A stretch of 64,000 nt of DNA from Clostridia bacterium. GTDB taxonomy: Bacteria > Bacillota > Clostridia > Oscillospirales > CAG-382. Location of the stretch: assembly GCA_017429165.1 (NCBI GenBank), contig JAFRPL010000037.1, positions 3,009 through 67,008 of the forward strand, given 5' to 3'. Shown piece after piece: positions 38,225 through 47,403 of the stretch. Numbering within the stretch: the stretch's first letter is position 1; each line of letters begins with the position of its first letter. Below the pieces are notes generated by a model that saw nothing but the letters and a program-made list of their open reading frames with translations, searched no databases and was not told the DNA's origin. The position numbers and the translations under genes were made by a program.

Positions 38225-39772
38225 TCAAGAAAGGCTGTTGACGTAGTCTTCGTAGAAAGACGTGAGTTTTTGCTCTATTTCGCGCTGGTAGCTTTCGTAA
38301 TACGAAGTGAGCGTGTTGGAGCTGTAATTGATGACGACGCCGTACATCCCGGCGAGACGGTCGACAGGGAGTATCGAACCGAGGTCGTAGAAACGCGAGC
38401 GGAAAATGAGGTCGAGCATATCGAAATCGTCTTCGGAATCCGACGCCTGAAGCTTGAGCGTGAGTTCGTAGTAAGCGTTTTTGACGTTTGAAGGCAGGTT
38501 GACGTTATAATAGCCGAGCGCGTTCAGTACGAAAGCGGCGGCTTCGATATTTTCGGAATTGGATACCGGTATGCCGATTACGCTGGACTGATAACGGTTG
38601 ACCGCGCAGTAATATTCGTTGTCGGTCTCGCTCATGTGGCATATGGGAAGGATGCCGACGGTAAAGCCGAGGTCCTGATTTTTGAGAATGGAGATGGAAT
38701 TGACGGTAGTGTTGTAAAACAGCCCTTTTCCGGTGGTGAACATATACTCGAGTTCGGCGAAACCGTAAGTGGAGTTATGCCCTTCGGGCGCTTTGCCTAT
38801 GATGAGCTCGGCGCGCTGGGTGATGACCTTGTTCGACATAAGCTGATACACTTTGTCGAAAACGGTCTGCGGATAATCGTCGACGACCGTGCAGCGCAGT
38901 CCGTCGGCGCTCTTTTCGACAGTAGAGACGCCGCAGCCGTTGACCATTATGTTTGCGCCGTAGGAATGCGAAAGGTTGCCGAACGTGGCGTTTATGCCGT
39001 ATTCGCCGTTTTCGTCGGGCACGGAGACCGCCTTGCACATCTCGATATAATTGTCGAGCGTGAACTTGTTGTCGCGCACGAGCTGATAAAGGTCGCCGTA
39101 TGTCCCGACAAGATCGGCGTTATTGTTATACATATCTTTATTGTAAAGCGTAAGGTAAATATGGTCGGTATCGGTGAGCATGCAGTCGCCGGAAACGAAA
39201 TAATGCTTTACGCCGTCCAACGAAAGGTTTTCCATACACCTAGAATCCCACCAGGGATCGGAAAAATCGAAATAATCGTCGACAGGCAGGAACAGTTTAT
39301 CGGAAATATGGGCCAGCATCCTGTCGACGGATTCGCACACCAGGTCGTAATCCGCCTGATCGCCGCCGATCTCGGTGAGCAGGAACTCGCTGGGGTATTT
39401 GGCGGCGCGGGTGACGATCGTCACGCCGTAATTGTCGTAAATATAATCGTTGCGCTCGCGCACCGCGTTGTTGACGGTGTCGGGGACGTTTTCCTCGTCG
39501 ACGGGAGCGAACTGCACCTCGGCGTAAGTGTGACGGTCGGTGGATACGGTGAAGATCTTTACCACTTTGCCCGCAAATTCGTCGGTGGCGTATTTGAATT
39601 CGTCTTTCCAGCCGCTTGACTGCGAAGACTCTTCGGCGGGACCGGAAGACTCGGCGGCACTTTCGCCGTCTATGGAAACGGGAGCGCTTTCGTCTGTTCC
39701 CGTGCTTTTGCAGGACGCGAAAGCGAACACAAGGAGAAGCGCAGCAAGTAAAAGCAGAATAGACCTTTTCAT
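38225..39772 (-). CDS. Extracellular solute-binding lipoprotein, paralogue 2
   Basis: Lipobox FAFASCKS. Same architecture and conserved blocks (GILPICH..., DLGSILP) as the other paralogues. Confidence 0.65.
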   Translation of the reverse strand: MKRSILLLLAALLLVFAFASCKSTGTDESAPVSIDGESAAESSGPAEESSQSSGWKDEFKYATDEFAGKVVKIFTVSTDRHTYAEVQFAPVDEENVPDTVNNAVRERNDYIYDNYGVTIVTRAAKYPSEFLLTEIGGDQADYDLVCESVDRMLAHISDKLFLPVDDYFDFSDPWWDSRCMENLSLDGVKHYFVSGDCMLTDTDHIYLTLYNKDMYNNNADLVGTYGDLYQLVRDNKFTLDNYIEMCKAVSVPDENGEYGINATFGNLSHSYGANIMVNGCGVSTVEKSADGLRCTVVDDYPQTVFDKVYQLMSNKVITQRAELIIGKAPEGHNSTYGFAELEYMFTTGKGLFYNTTVNSISILKNQDLGFTVGILPICHMSETDNEYYCAVNRYQSSVIGIPVSNSENIEAAAFVLNALGYYNVNLPSNVKNAYYELTLKLQASDSEDDFDMLDLIFRSRFYDLGSILPVDRLAGMYGVVINYSSNTLTSYYESYQREIEQKLTSFYEDYVNSLS

Positions 39773-39801
39773 AATTACCTCACCATAAATTTTTATGACT
39801 T

Positions 39802-39830
39802 ATTATAACATAGCAAACAGGAAAATTCAA
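39802..39830 (-). promoter_or_regulatory. Sigma-A promoter of the SBP2-DUF4855-lipoprotein-isomerase operon
   Basis: Minus strand reads TTGAAT (39830-39825), 17 nt, TGt-extended TATAAT (39807-39802). Confidence 0.6.
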
Positions 39831-39876
39831 TAGATTACACCGATTTTTATGTCATCTATGCACTGTTTTTATGCAT

Positions 39877-39895
39877 AAAAAAAGCGCACTTGCGC
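39877..39895 (-). terminator. Terminator after the aminotransferase gene
   Basis: The minus strand reads GCGCAAGTGCGC followed by TTTTTTT. The stem is short, so confidence is moderate. Confidence 0.5.
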
Positions 39896-39940
39896 AAAAT
39901 GCACAAATACGCTGTTTCGTTATTGTTTATTATAACATTA

Positions 39941-41176
39941 TCATTCCGCGCAGGCAAGTCTGACGCATATATCGAACAGCACGAGCGCCTCTTCGAGTTC
40001 GGCGAGAGTTGGGAAAGTGGGCGCGATGCGTATGTTGCTGTCGGCGGGATCGACGCCGTACGGATACGTCGCGCCGGCGGGCGTGAGCTTGAGCCCCGCG
40101 TCGTTTGCGAGCTTTACGATGAGTTTTGCTTTGCCGGCGGGAACGTTGACGTTTATGAAATACCCTCCGTTTGGACGCGAATATGTAAATCCTTCGATAT
40201 CTGCGGCGAGGCGTTCGAAATACTTAAAGCACAGTTCGAATTTGGGACGTATGACCGAAGCGTGCATCTTCATGACGTCGCCCAGACTGCGGCAAAGCAG
40301 GCGCGCGTGGCGCAGCATGGCGAGTTTGTCGAAACCGATGGTCTTGACTTTCATAATTTCCAAGAATTCGGCTTTGCTGTTTTCGCTCATGGCGACGCAC
40401 GAAATGCCGGCGCCGGACCACGATATTTTTGAAGTGGACGTATACAGATAAAAATGGTCGGCGGTGCCGTTTTGTTCGGCGAGCGGGAGCACGGGAAGGA
40501 GCTGATCCGGCGTGTCGTTGAGGTCGTGCACGGCGTAAGCGTCGTCCCACATGACTATGAAATCTTCGGCGGCGGGTCTGAGTGCGGCGAATTCGCGCAC
40601 TACGCGGTCCGAATAAGTAACGCCGGTGGGATTGGAATATTTCGGCACGCACCAGATGCCTTTGACCGAAGGATCGTTTTCGGCGTAGCTGCGCACGAGC
40701 TCCATATCCGGTCCGTCGCCGAGCACCGGGATGTTGATCATTTCTATGCCGAAGAGTTTTGTTATGGCGAAATGGCGGTCGTAGCCGGGGACCGGGCAAA
40801 GGAATTTTATCTTCCCCTGTCTGCTCCAGGGTTCGCAGCCGTGAAGCCCGAACGTGTACGCGCCGGATACGGTGTCGAACATAATGTTCAGACTCGAGTT
40901 GCCGCAGACGATAACGTTGCTTTCGCGGACTCCGAGTATCGCCGCGAAAAGGCGCTTGGCTTCGGGGATGCCTTCGAGACAGCCGTAGTTGCGGCAGTCG
41001 ATACCGTTTTCGGAAAAGCATCCGTCGATATCTGATATCTCGGTGAGGAGCGAAGTCATATTATCGAGCTGCTCGGACGAGGGCTTGCCGCGCGACATAT
41101 CGAGCTTTTTGCCCGAGTCCTTATATTTTCGGTATTCTGCCAGAAGTTCGGATTTCTGCAAGCGGATCATCTCCAT
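39941..41176 (-). CDS. Class I/II PLP-dependent aminotransferase
   Basis: 411 aa. KYSNPTG, DDAY and the TSTSKISWSGAG PLP-lysine block. Substrate not assignable. Confidence 0.75.
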   Translation of the reverse strand: MEMIRLQKSELLAEYRKYKDSGKKLDMSRGKPSSEQLDNMTSLLTEISDIDGCFSENGIDCRNYGCLEGIPEAKRLFAAILGVRESNVIVCGNSSLNIMFDTVSGAYTFGLHGCEPWSRQGKIKFLCPVPGYDRHFAITKLFGIEMINIPVLGDGPDMELVRSYAENDPSVKGIWCVPKYSNPTGVTYSDRVVREFAALRPAAEDFIVMWDDAYAVHDLNDTPDQLLPVLPLAEQNGTADHFYLYTSTSKISWSGAGISCVAMSENSKAEFLEIMKVKTIGFDKLAMLRHARLLCRSLGDVMKMHASVIRPKFELCFKYFERLAADIEGFTYSRPNGGYFINVNVPAGKAKLIVKLANDAGLKLTPAGATYPYGVDPADSNIRIAPTFPTLAELEEALVLFDICVRLACAE

Positions 41177-41193
41177 TCAGGGAATAAATCGTA

Positions 41194-42600
41194 TCAGAAT
41201 TCGGCGTTGCCCAGCGTACGCGGGAACGCTTCGACGTCGCGGATGTTGGACATGCCGGTGATATACATTATAAGGCGTTCGAATCCAAGCCCGTAGCCGG
41301 CGTGTTTTACTCCGCCGTACTTGCGAAGCTCGAGATACCACCAGTAATCTTTGGGATCCATGCCGAGTTCGGCAATGCGTTTTTCGAGCAGGTCGAGCCG
41401 CTCTTCTCTCTGCGAACCGCCTATGAGCTCGCCGACGCCCGGCACGAGCATATCAGCAGCCGCGACGGTCTTGTTGTCGTCGTTCAGGCGCATATAGAAC
41501 GCTTTGATATCCTTGGGATAATCGGTGACGAACACGGGCTTTTTGAAAATCTTTTCGGTAAGATAGCGTTCGTGTTCGGTCTGGAGGTCTATGCCCCAAC
41601 TCACCGGATATTCGAAGTTTTCGCCCGATTCGGTAAGAAGCTTTACCGCCTCGGTATATGTTACTCTTCCGAAATCGGAATTGACAATCAGTTCCAGGCG
41701 TTCGAGCAGGCCTTTATCAACAAAGCTGTTGAAGAACTGCAGCTCGGCAGGGCACTTTTCCATAACGTACTTTATTGCGTATTTGGTCATCGCCTCGGCG
41801 GTATCCATATAATCTTCGAGATCGGCGAATGCCATTTCGGGTTCTATCATCCAGAATTCGGCGGCGTGGCGCGGAGTGTTGGATTTTTCGGCGCGGAAAG
41901 TGGGGCCGAATGTATATACGTTTGCGAAAGCGAGCGCAAAGCATTCTGCTTCCAGCTGGCCGGAGACCGTGAGGTTCGTGGATCTGCCGAAGAAATCTTT
42001 GGAAAAATCCACTTTGCCGTCTTCGGTACGGGGAGGATCGTTTAGATCGAGCGTGGTGAGACGGAACATCTCGCCGGCGCCTTCGGCGTCGCTGCCCGTG
42101 ACGATGGGAGTGTTTACGTAAACAAAGCCGTTCTTTGCAAAGAATTCGTGTATTCCCTGCGCGGCGGCGGAACGCACGCGGAATACCGCGCTGAACGTGT
42201 TGGTGCGCGGACGCAGATGCGCCACGGTACGCAGGAAATCGAGCGAATGGCGCTTGGGCTGCAGCGGATAATCCGGAGTCGACGTACCCGTGACTTCGAT
42301 TGTTTCCGCCTTTATTTCGAACGGCTGCTTCGCCTGGGGCGTGAGCTCGAGCACGCCGGTGACTTTGAGCGAGGCGCCGATGTTCTGTTTGGATATATCT
42401 CTGTAGTTATTCAGACGCTCTTCTTCGGCGACGACCTGGACGGGCTTGAAATAAGTGCCGTCGTTGAGTTCGATAAAGCCGAATGCGTTGGAAAAACGAC
42501 TGTTGCGGATCCAGCCGCCCACGGTGACGCGTTTTCCGCCGTATGAGGCGGGAGAAGCGAAGACAGCTGATAACGGTGTGAGGTCTTTTTTGACAGACAT
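41194..42600 (-). CDS. asnS: Asparagine--tRNA ligase
   Basis: 468 aa. N-terminal OB anticodon-binding domain (VGGWIRNSR), class II motifs (FRAE...[17 protein letters not shown]) and an AsnRS-type C-terminus [10 protein letters not shown]. Confidence 0.93.
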   Translation of the reverse strand: MSVKKDLTPLSAVFASPASYGGKRVTVGGWIRNSRFSNAFGFIELNDGTYFKPVQVVAEEERLNNYRDISKQNIGASLKVTGVLELTPQAKQPFEIKAETIEVTGTSTPDYPLQPKRHSLDFLRTVAHLRPRTNTFSAVFRVRSAAAQGIHEFFAKNGFVYVNTPIVTGSDAEGAGEMFRLTTLDLNDPPRTEDGKVDFSKDFFGRSTNLTVSGQLEAECFALAFANVYTFGPTFRAEKSNTPRHAAEFWMIEPEMAFADLEDYMDTAEAMTKYAIKYVMEKCPAELQFFNSFVDKGLLERLELIVNSDFGRVTYTEAVKLLTESGENFEYPVSWGIDLQTEHERYLTEKIFKKPVFVTDYPKDIKAFYMRLNDDNKTVAAADMLVPGVGELIGGSQREERLDLLEKRIAELGMDPKDYWWYLELRKYGGVKHAGYGLGFERLIMYITGMSNIRDVEAFPRTLGNAEF

Positions 42601-42638
42601 GGTATTTATCCTTTCGGAAATTTCAAAAATATACTATG

Positions 42639-42666
42639 ATTATACTACTTTTTTGAGATTTTGCAA
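42639..42666 (-). promoter_or_regulatory. Sigma-A promoter of asnS
   Basis: Minus strand reads TTGCAA (42666-42661), 16 nt, TATAAT (42644-42639). The leader is about 30 nt. Confidence 0.6.
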
Positions 42667-42748
42667 GTGTTATTTGCATAAATTTTCTTTTCGCCTTGCG
42701 TTTTTTTGACTGCATTACATACAAAAAGCGTATTATGTGCACATCTTT

Positions 42749-42907
42749 TCAGTTTTGCGCGTTTACCAGCCGCGCGAGCGCGCTCCCTGCCGTTCTGCCC
42801 AGAACTTCGAGCCCTGCGGCGCTGAAATGGCCGCCGATGTACGGATTGCGGTATTCGCGCCGCTGCATATTGCTCTGACCGAGGAACAGTATCACATCGG
42901 TTTTCAT
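42749..42907 (-). pseudogene. 52-codon remnant of an SGNH/sialate-O-acetylesterase-like (DUF303-type) gene
   Basis: Below the ORF-track cutoff. GGAGGA-4nt-ATG(42907) gives MKTDVILFLGQSNMQRREYRNPYIGGHFSAAGLEVLGRTAGSALARLVNAQN-stop. ILFLGQSNM is the block I nucleophile motif of that family. There is no room for the rest of the enzyme before asnS. Confidence 0.45.
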
Positions 42908-43011
42908 ATCGTCCTCCGCATGTTTATTATCGTTTACGGATAAGTTTAAGAATTTTGCGCATAAATGTCAATAGGCTTTTCAGATTTCGTTTTCGGATTT
43001 TGCAAAATCGG

Positions 43012-43040
43012 TTGACTTTGGCTTTGCGTTGTGATAGAAT
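43012..43040 (+). promoter_or_regulatory. Sigma-A promoter of nagB
   Basis: TTGACT (43012-43017), 17 nt, TGa-extended TAGAAT (43035-43040). Confidence 0.6.
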
Positions 43041-43101
43041 AGCCGTGTGAAATGGCGCGCGATACGCGCCGCAATATTGAAATTTACGGAGGAATAATCA
43101 A

Positions 43102-43824
43102 ATGAAGTTCATCGTTTGCGAAAACTACGAAGAAATGTCCAAAGCAGGCGCCAAGATCATAGCCGACCTGCTCAAATCAAAGCCCAAATGCGTGCTCGGA
43201 CTCGCCACCGGTTCCACCCCCGTGGGTATGTACGAAGAACTCCGCCGCATGAACAAAGCCGGCGAGATCACGTTCAAGGACGTTACCACCTACAATCTCG
43301 ACGAATACTACCCTCTCGCTCCCGATCACGACCAGTCCTACCGCTACTTTATGAACCACAATCTTTTTGACCATGTCGACATAGATAAATCGCGTACTCA
43401 TGTTCCCAACGGTCTCGCCGAAGATCCCGCCGCCGAAGGCGCCGCCTACGACAAAGCCGTTGAAGACGCCGGCAACGTCGATATCCAGGTTCTGGGTGTG
43501 GGCCAGAACGGTCACATCGGTTTCAACGAACCCGAAGACGCGCTTTACGTAGGCACTCATCTTACCTCGCTCACCGACAACACGATCGAAGCCAATTCCC
43601 GCTTCTTTGCTTCGAAAGCCGACGTCCCCACCAAGGCGATCACAATGGGTATGGGCACCATTATGAAAGCCCGCAAGATACTCGTGCTCGCAAGCGGCAA
43701 GAACAAGCATTTCGTTATTGAAAATATGCTGAACGACCGCATCACCTGCCATATCCCGTCTACCCTGCTCAAGACCCATCCCGACGTCGTGGTCATCTGC
43801 GACAAAGCTGCTTTCGAAGGCTGA
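43102..43824 (+). CDS. nagB: Glucosamine-6-phosphate deaminase
   Basis: 240 aa. LGLATGSTP, YNLDEY and GVGQNGHIGFNEP. Confidence 0.95.
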   Translation: MKFIVCENYEEMSKAGAKIIADLLKSKPKCVLGLATGSTPVGMYEELRRMNKAGEITFKDVTTYNLDEYYPLAPDHDQSYRYFMNHNLFDHVDIDKSRTHVPNGLAEDPAAEGAAYDKAVEDAGNVDIQVLGVGQNGHIGFNEPEDALYVGTHLTSLTDNTIEANSRFFASKADVPTKAITMGMGTIMKARKILVLASGKNKHFVIENMLNDRITCHIPSTLLKTHPDVVVICDKAAFEG

Positions 43825-43842
43825 TCGTCTACTTGAATTCAA

Positions 43843-43882
43843 ACCGTGCCGAGTCCGCAAACGACCGGCACGGTCGCTTTTT
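43843..43882 (+). terminator. Rho-independent terminator of nagB
   Basis: ACCGTGCCG (43843-43851) / CGGCACGGT (43866-43874) followed by CGCTTTTT. Confidence 0.75.
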
Positions 43883-43903
43883 GACGGGATATTTTACTTT
43901 TTC

Positions 43904-43932
43904 TTGACAAAAGCACAATGTTGTTATATAAT
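43904..43932 (+). promoter_or_regulatory. Consensus sigma-A promoter of trkA-trkH
   Basis: TTGACA (43904-43909), 17 nt, TATAAT (43927-43932). The leader is about 65 nt and contains a CCCGCGC/GCGCGGG hairpin. Confidence 0.7.
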
Positions 43933-44003
43933 AGTTTATTAACAAAAAAGACCCCGCGCGTTTGCGAGATCCGGGCGCGGGAGCCGACGGAGGCCTTGAC
44001 AGT

Positions 44004-45383
44004 ATGAAGATCATCATAGTAGGCGCGGGCAAGGTGGGTTATTCGCTTTGCGAGCAGTTATCACGCGAGGACCACGATATCATAGTTATAGATACCGACG
44101 CCAAGCTTCTTGAAGAAGCGCAGCAGCTTCTGGACATCATGGTAGTCCAGGGCAACGGAGCTTCGCTCGAAGTGCTCAAATCGGCGGGAGTTCAGGATAC
44201 GGACGTGCTCATCGCCTGCACAAACGCCGACGAAATTAACCTGCTGTGCTGCATTTCCGCAAAGAAACTGGGCTGCAAGCATACCATAGCGCGCGTCAGG
44301 AACCCCGAATACAACCAGCAGATAGCGTTCTTGCGCGAACAGCTGGGGCTTTCGCTTTCCATAAACCCCGAACAGACCGCCGCGCAGGAGATATACCGTC
44401 TTATACAGTTCCCCCTGTTCCTGAAGCGCGACTCGTTCGATAAAGGCCGCGTGGAGCTCGTTGAACTCAAAGTCGACGAGGGCGGCAAGCTCGAAGGCAA
44501 ACGCATCATGGACGTGACCGACATCCTTGGCCTGCACGTGCTGGTATGCGCCGTAGAACGCGGAGACCAGGTGTTTATTCCCAACGGGCGTTTTGAGCTC
44601 AAAGCCAACGACCGCATAACGGTCACCGCCGCGCGCAGCGATCTCGCCAAGCTTATAAAGAGTCTCGATATAGTGCGCAAGAAGATCCGCTACGTAGTTA
44701 TAGTCGGCGGCAGCAAGGTCGCGGAATATCTGACCGAGGAGCTTGAAAAGAGCGGCGTTGAAGTCACTCTTATAGAAAAGAATGAGGAAGTCTGCAACCG
44801 GTTCTCGCAGCGGTTCCCCAAGCAGCTCGTCATCCACGGCGACGCTTCCAGAAAGGGGTTCCTCGAATCGCAGGGCGTGGGCAGGGCCGACGCGGTCATC
44901 GCGCTCACCGGCATAGACGAAGAAAATCTAATAATTTCGATGTACGTGGGCCGTCTGGGAGTTGAAAAAACGGTTTCTAAGATCGACCGTACCGAATACG
45001 CCAAGCTGTTCAGCGACACCGACATAGGCAGCATCGTTTGCCCCAAGGACCTTGTAGCCAACGAAATCGTGCGCTATATCCGCGCCAAGAGCAACAGCGG
45101 CGAAGGAAGCGTGCGTTCTCTTCACCGCATAGTCAACGGCAAGGTCGAAGCGCTCGAGTTCCTGGCTCCCGACAGCGCGCCGTATTTCAACGTGCCTCTT
45201 TCCAAACTGAACGTAAGGCAAAACGTTCTGATCGCGTGCATAAGCCGCAATTATCAGATCATCATCCCCCGCGGCGACGACTGTATAAAACCGCATGACA
45301 TAATCATAGCGGTCACCGACGCCGAACACCCGATAAGCGACCTTAAAGACATTTTTGAAAAGGACGCGGTGAAAGCCGAATGA
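44004..45383 (+). CDS. trkA: Trk potassium uptake system, NAD-binding subunit TrkA (two tandem RCK units)
   Basis: Start moved to ATG 44004 (MKIIIVGAGKVGYSL). A second Rossmann motif VVIVGGSKVAEYL lies mid-protein. Confidence 0.9.
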   Translation: MKIIIVGAGKVGYSLCEQLSREDHDIIVIDTDAKLLEEAQQLLDIMVVQGNGASLEVLKSAGVQDTDVLIACTNADEINLLCCISAKKLGCKHTIARVRNPEYNQQIAFLREQLGLSLSINPEQTAAQEIYRLIQFPLFLKRDSFDKGRVELVELKVDEGGKLEGKRIMDVTDILGLHVLVCAVERGDQVFIPNGRFELKANDRITVTAARSDLAKLIKSLDIVRKKIRYVVIVGGSKVAEYLTEELEKSGVEVTLIEKNEEVCNRFSQRFPKQLVIHGDASRKGFLESQGVGRADAVIALTGIDEENLIISMYVGRLGVEKTVSKIDRTEYAKLFSDTDIGSIVCPKDLVANEIVRYIRAKSNSGEGSVRSLHRIVNGKVEALEFLAPDSAPYFNVPLSKLNVRQNVLIACISRNYQIIIPRGDDCIKPHDIIIAVTDAEHPISDLKDIFEKDAVKAE

Positions 45384-46828
45384 ACATAAAGATCACCTGC
45401 AATTACTTAGGCAAGATACTGCTGCTTGTCGCGGCGCTGCTGTTACCGTCGCTGGGCATAGGCCTGCTGTACGCCGAATGGCTGCCTGCGCTGGGGTTCG
45501 GCGTGACGATAGCGATAATGGCGGTTTCAGGCGTGCTGCTCACCCGCATAAAGACCGAAGACAAGGCGATATACGCGCGCGAGGGCTTTATAATCGTATC
45601 GCTTTCATGGGTCGTCGTTTCCCTGCTCGGCGCGCTGCCGTTCGTTATCTCGGGCGAGATACCTTCGTATCTCGACGCGCTCTACGAGACGGTTTCCGGC
45701 CTTACGACCACCGGCGCTTCCATACTTTCGGACGTGGAATGCCTTTCGAGATCGATACTCTTCTGGCGCTCGTTCCTGCACTGGATGGGCGGTTTGGGAA
45801 TACTCGTATTCATAATAGCCATAGCGCCGCTCGGCAAGGGCAACGGAATGAGTCTGCATATCCTGCGCGCTGAAAGCACGGGACCTACCGTGGACAAGAT
45901 AACTCCTCGCATACATTCTTCGGCACGCATACTTTACGGCATATATTTCGGGCTGACGCTGACCGAGACGGTGCTGCTCCTCTTCGGAGGCATGACGCTA
46001 TTCGACGCGTTCACGCTTTCGATGGGCACGGCCGGCACCGGCGGCTTTGCGTTGCTGAACTCCGGTATCGCGTCGTACTCTTCGTACTGTCAGATCGTCA
46101 TTGCGGTTTACATGATGCTGTTCGGCATAAACTTCAACATCTACTACCTTATGATACTGCGTGAATTCCGCCAGGTGCGCAAAAACGGCGAATTCAAGAC
46201 GTATCTGTGCATAGTAGCCGCGTCGACCGCCGTGATCGCCACGAATATCGCTCATCTGTACGAATCTTTCGGCGAAGCGCTCAAGCATTCGTTCTTCCAG
46301 GTAAACGCAATTATCACGACCACAGGTTATTCCACCGCCAACTTCGACGCGTGGCCTGAACTTTCCAAGTTCATACTCGTGGCGCTGATGATGCTCGGCG
46401 CCTGCGCGGGTTCTACCGGCGGCGGTCTGAAAGTCACGCGCGCGATACTGCTTTTGAAATCGCTTAAAGCGGAACTAAAACGGATGCTGCATCCGCAGAG
46501 CGTCGTAACCGTTAAACAGGACGGCAAGCCGGTGGAACAGGAAACGCTCAACCGCGTGACGGTGTATTTTTCCACTCTTATAATCATCTCCGTGGTTTCG
46601 GTTTTCATAGTGTCGTTTGCGGGTTATGATTTCACTACCAACGTAACGGCCGTGATCGCGAACATAAACAACATAGGCCCCGGTCTGAATCTCGTCGGAC
46701 CTACCTGCAACTACGGATTTTTCCCGTTTTACGTGAAGATAGTGCTCATCTTCGACATGCTCGTGGGCAGACTTGAGATATTCCCGATGCTGCTTCTCTT
46801 CTCACCCGCGGTCTGGAAAAGAAGATAA
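45380..46828 (+). CDS. trkH: Trk/Ktr-family potassium transporter membrane subunit TrkH
   Basis: 482 aa, polytopic, with repeated selectivity-filter-like TTTG/TAGTGG/TTTGYS/GSTGGG motifs. ATGA overlap with trkA. Confidence 0.9.
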   Translation: MNIKITCNYLGKILLLVAALLLPSLGIGLLYAEWLPALGFGVTIAIMAVSGVLLTRIKTEDKAIYAREGFIIVSLSWVVVSLLGALPFVISGEIPSYLDALYETVSGLTTTGASILSDVECLSRSILFWRSFLHWMGGLGILVFIIAIAPLGKGNGMSLHILRAESTGPTVDKITPRIHSSARILYGIYFGLTLTETVLLLFGGMTLFDAFTLSMGTAGTGGFALLNSGIASYSSYCQIVIAVYMMLFGINFNIYYLMILREFRQVRKNGEFKTYLCIVAASTAVIATNIAHLYESFGEALKHSFFQVNAIITTTGYSTANFDAWPELSKFILVALMMLGACAGSTGGGLKVTRAILLLKSLKAELKRMLHPQSVVTVKQDGKPVEQETLNRVTVYFSTLIIISVVSVFIVSFAGYDFTTNVTAVIANINNIGPGLNLVGPTCNYGFFPFYVKIVLIFDMLVGRLEIFPMLLLFSPAVWKRR

Positions 46829-46860
46829 ACACATATAAACGCTTTAAAAACGCATTTTGT

Positions 46861-46891
46861 AAAACATGCCCAAACGCGGGCATGTTTTTTT
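46861..46891 (+). terminator. Rho-independent terminator of trkAH (left boundary of the phage-derived cassette)
   Basis: Perfect 11-bp stem AAAACATGCCC / GGGCATGTTTT, 6-nt loop, followed by a T-run. Confidence 0.85.
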
Positions 46892-46902
46892 GTGTAAGTA
46901 TA

Positions 46903-46916
46903 CGAACATATGTTCG
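46903..46916. promoter_or_regulatory. LexA (Cheo/SOS) box, perfect palindrome
   Basis: CGAACATATGTTCG equals the idealised Firmicutes LexA/DinR operator (CGAAC-N4-GTTCG). It is extended to the 16-bp palindrome ACGAACATATGTTCGT and lies 5 nt upstream of the -35 of the cassette promoter. Confidence 0.75.
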
Positions 46917-46921
46917 TTGCG

Positions 46922-46950
46922 TTGAAACGGCGCAAAACCGGGTTTAGAAT
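46922..46950 (+). promoter_or_regulatory. Sigma-A promoter of the phage-derived cassette
   Basis: TTGAAA (46922-46927), 17 nt, TAGAAT (46945-46950). The leader to the terS ATG is about 85 nt and GC-rich. Confidence 0.55.
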
Positions 46951-47040
46951 GAAAGTGTGACGGGCGGGACCGGATCGCAGCCGGCGCGGCCGAAGTCTTT
47001 TGCCCGCACAAAAACGGTAAGGCACAGAGAGGAGAAAGAA

Positions 47041-47397
47041 ATGAAAAAATACCCGTTTAAGATATCCTCGCTCGAAAACCTCATTGCGGATTATTTCGAC
47101 AAATATCTTTTGCAGAACCCCGCGACGGTACCCGATACCGAATCGCTCGCGGCTTACCTCGGCATCACGCGCGAAGAGCTCAATGAGCTTGAAAGCGGCA
47201 AGAACACTTCACGCGCGGTAAAAAACGCCAAGACGCGTATCGCCGCCGCTAAAAAGCAGTTGGCTTACCGCGGCAAGATACCCGCGGCAGTGCTTGCGTT
47301 CGATCTCAGGAACGACCACGGATACCGTGACAAGCCCGAGGATATGAACTGTTCCACGCTGATATTGCGCGGCCTGGCTGAAGAATGGAGCGAATAG
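47041..47397 (+). CDS. terS: Phage terminase small subunit (HTH type)
   Basis: Start moved to ATG 47041 behind AGAGGAGAAAGAA. PDTESLAAYLGITREELNELE is an HTH followed by AAVLAFDLRNDHGYRDK, matching the pattern of small terminases (xxEGLAxYLGIxxxTL ... IFxLKNxxGxxDK). Confidence 0.7.
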   Translation: MKKYPFKISSLENLIADYFDKYLLQNPATVPDTESLAAYLGITREELNELESGKNTSRAVKNAKTRIAAAKKQLAYRGKIPAAVLAFDLRNDHGYRDKPEDMNCSTLILRGLAEEWSE

Positions 47398-47403
47398 CAC
47401 GCT

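Noticed and set aside
43933-44003. c-di-AMP (ydaO/kimA-type) riboswitch in the trkA leader
   Set aside because: The leader is only about 65 nt with a single simple hairpin. It is too short and lacks the pseudo-two-fold ACGR/CCGA-type conserved segments.
46893-46903. Possible att-type direct repeat (GTATACG) shared by the left flank and the right terminator loop (56284-56290) of the cassette
   Set aside because: Only 7 nt are shared, and on the right side the motif sits inside a terminator hairpin loop. This is within chance expectation, and there is no integrase to use it.
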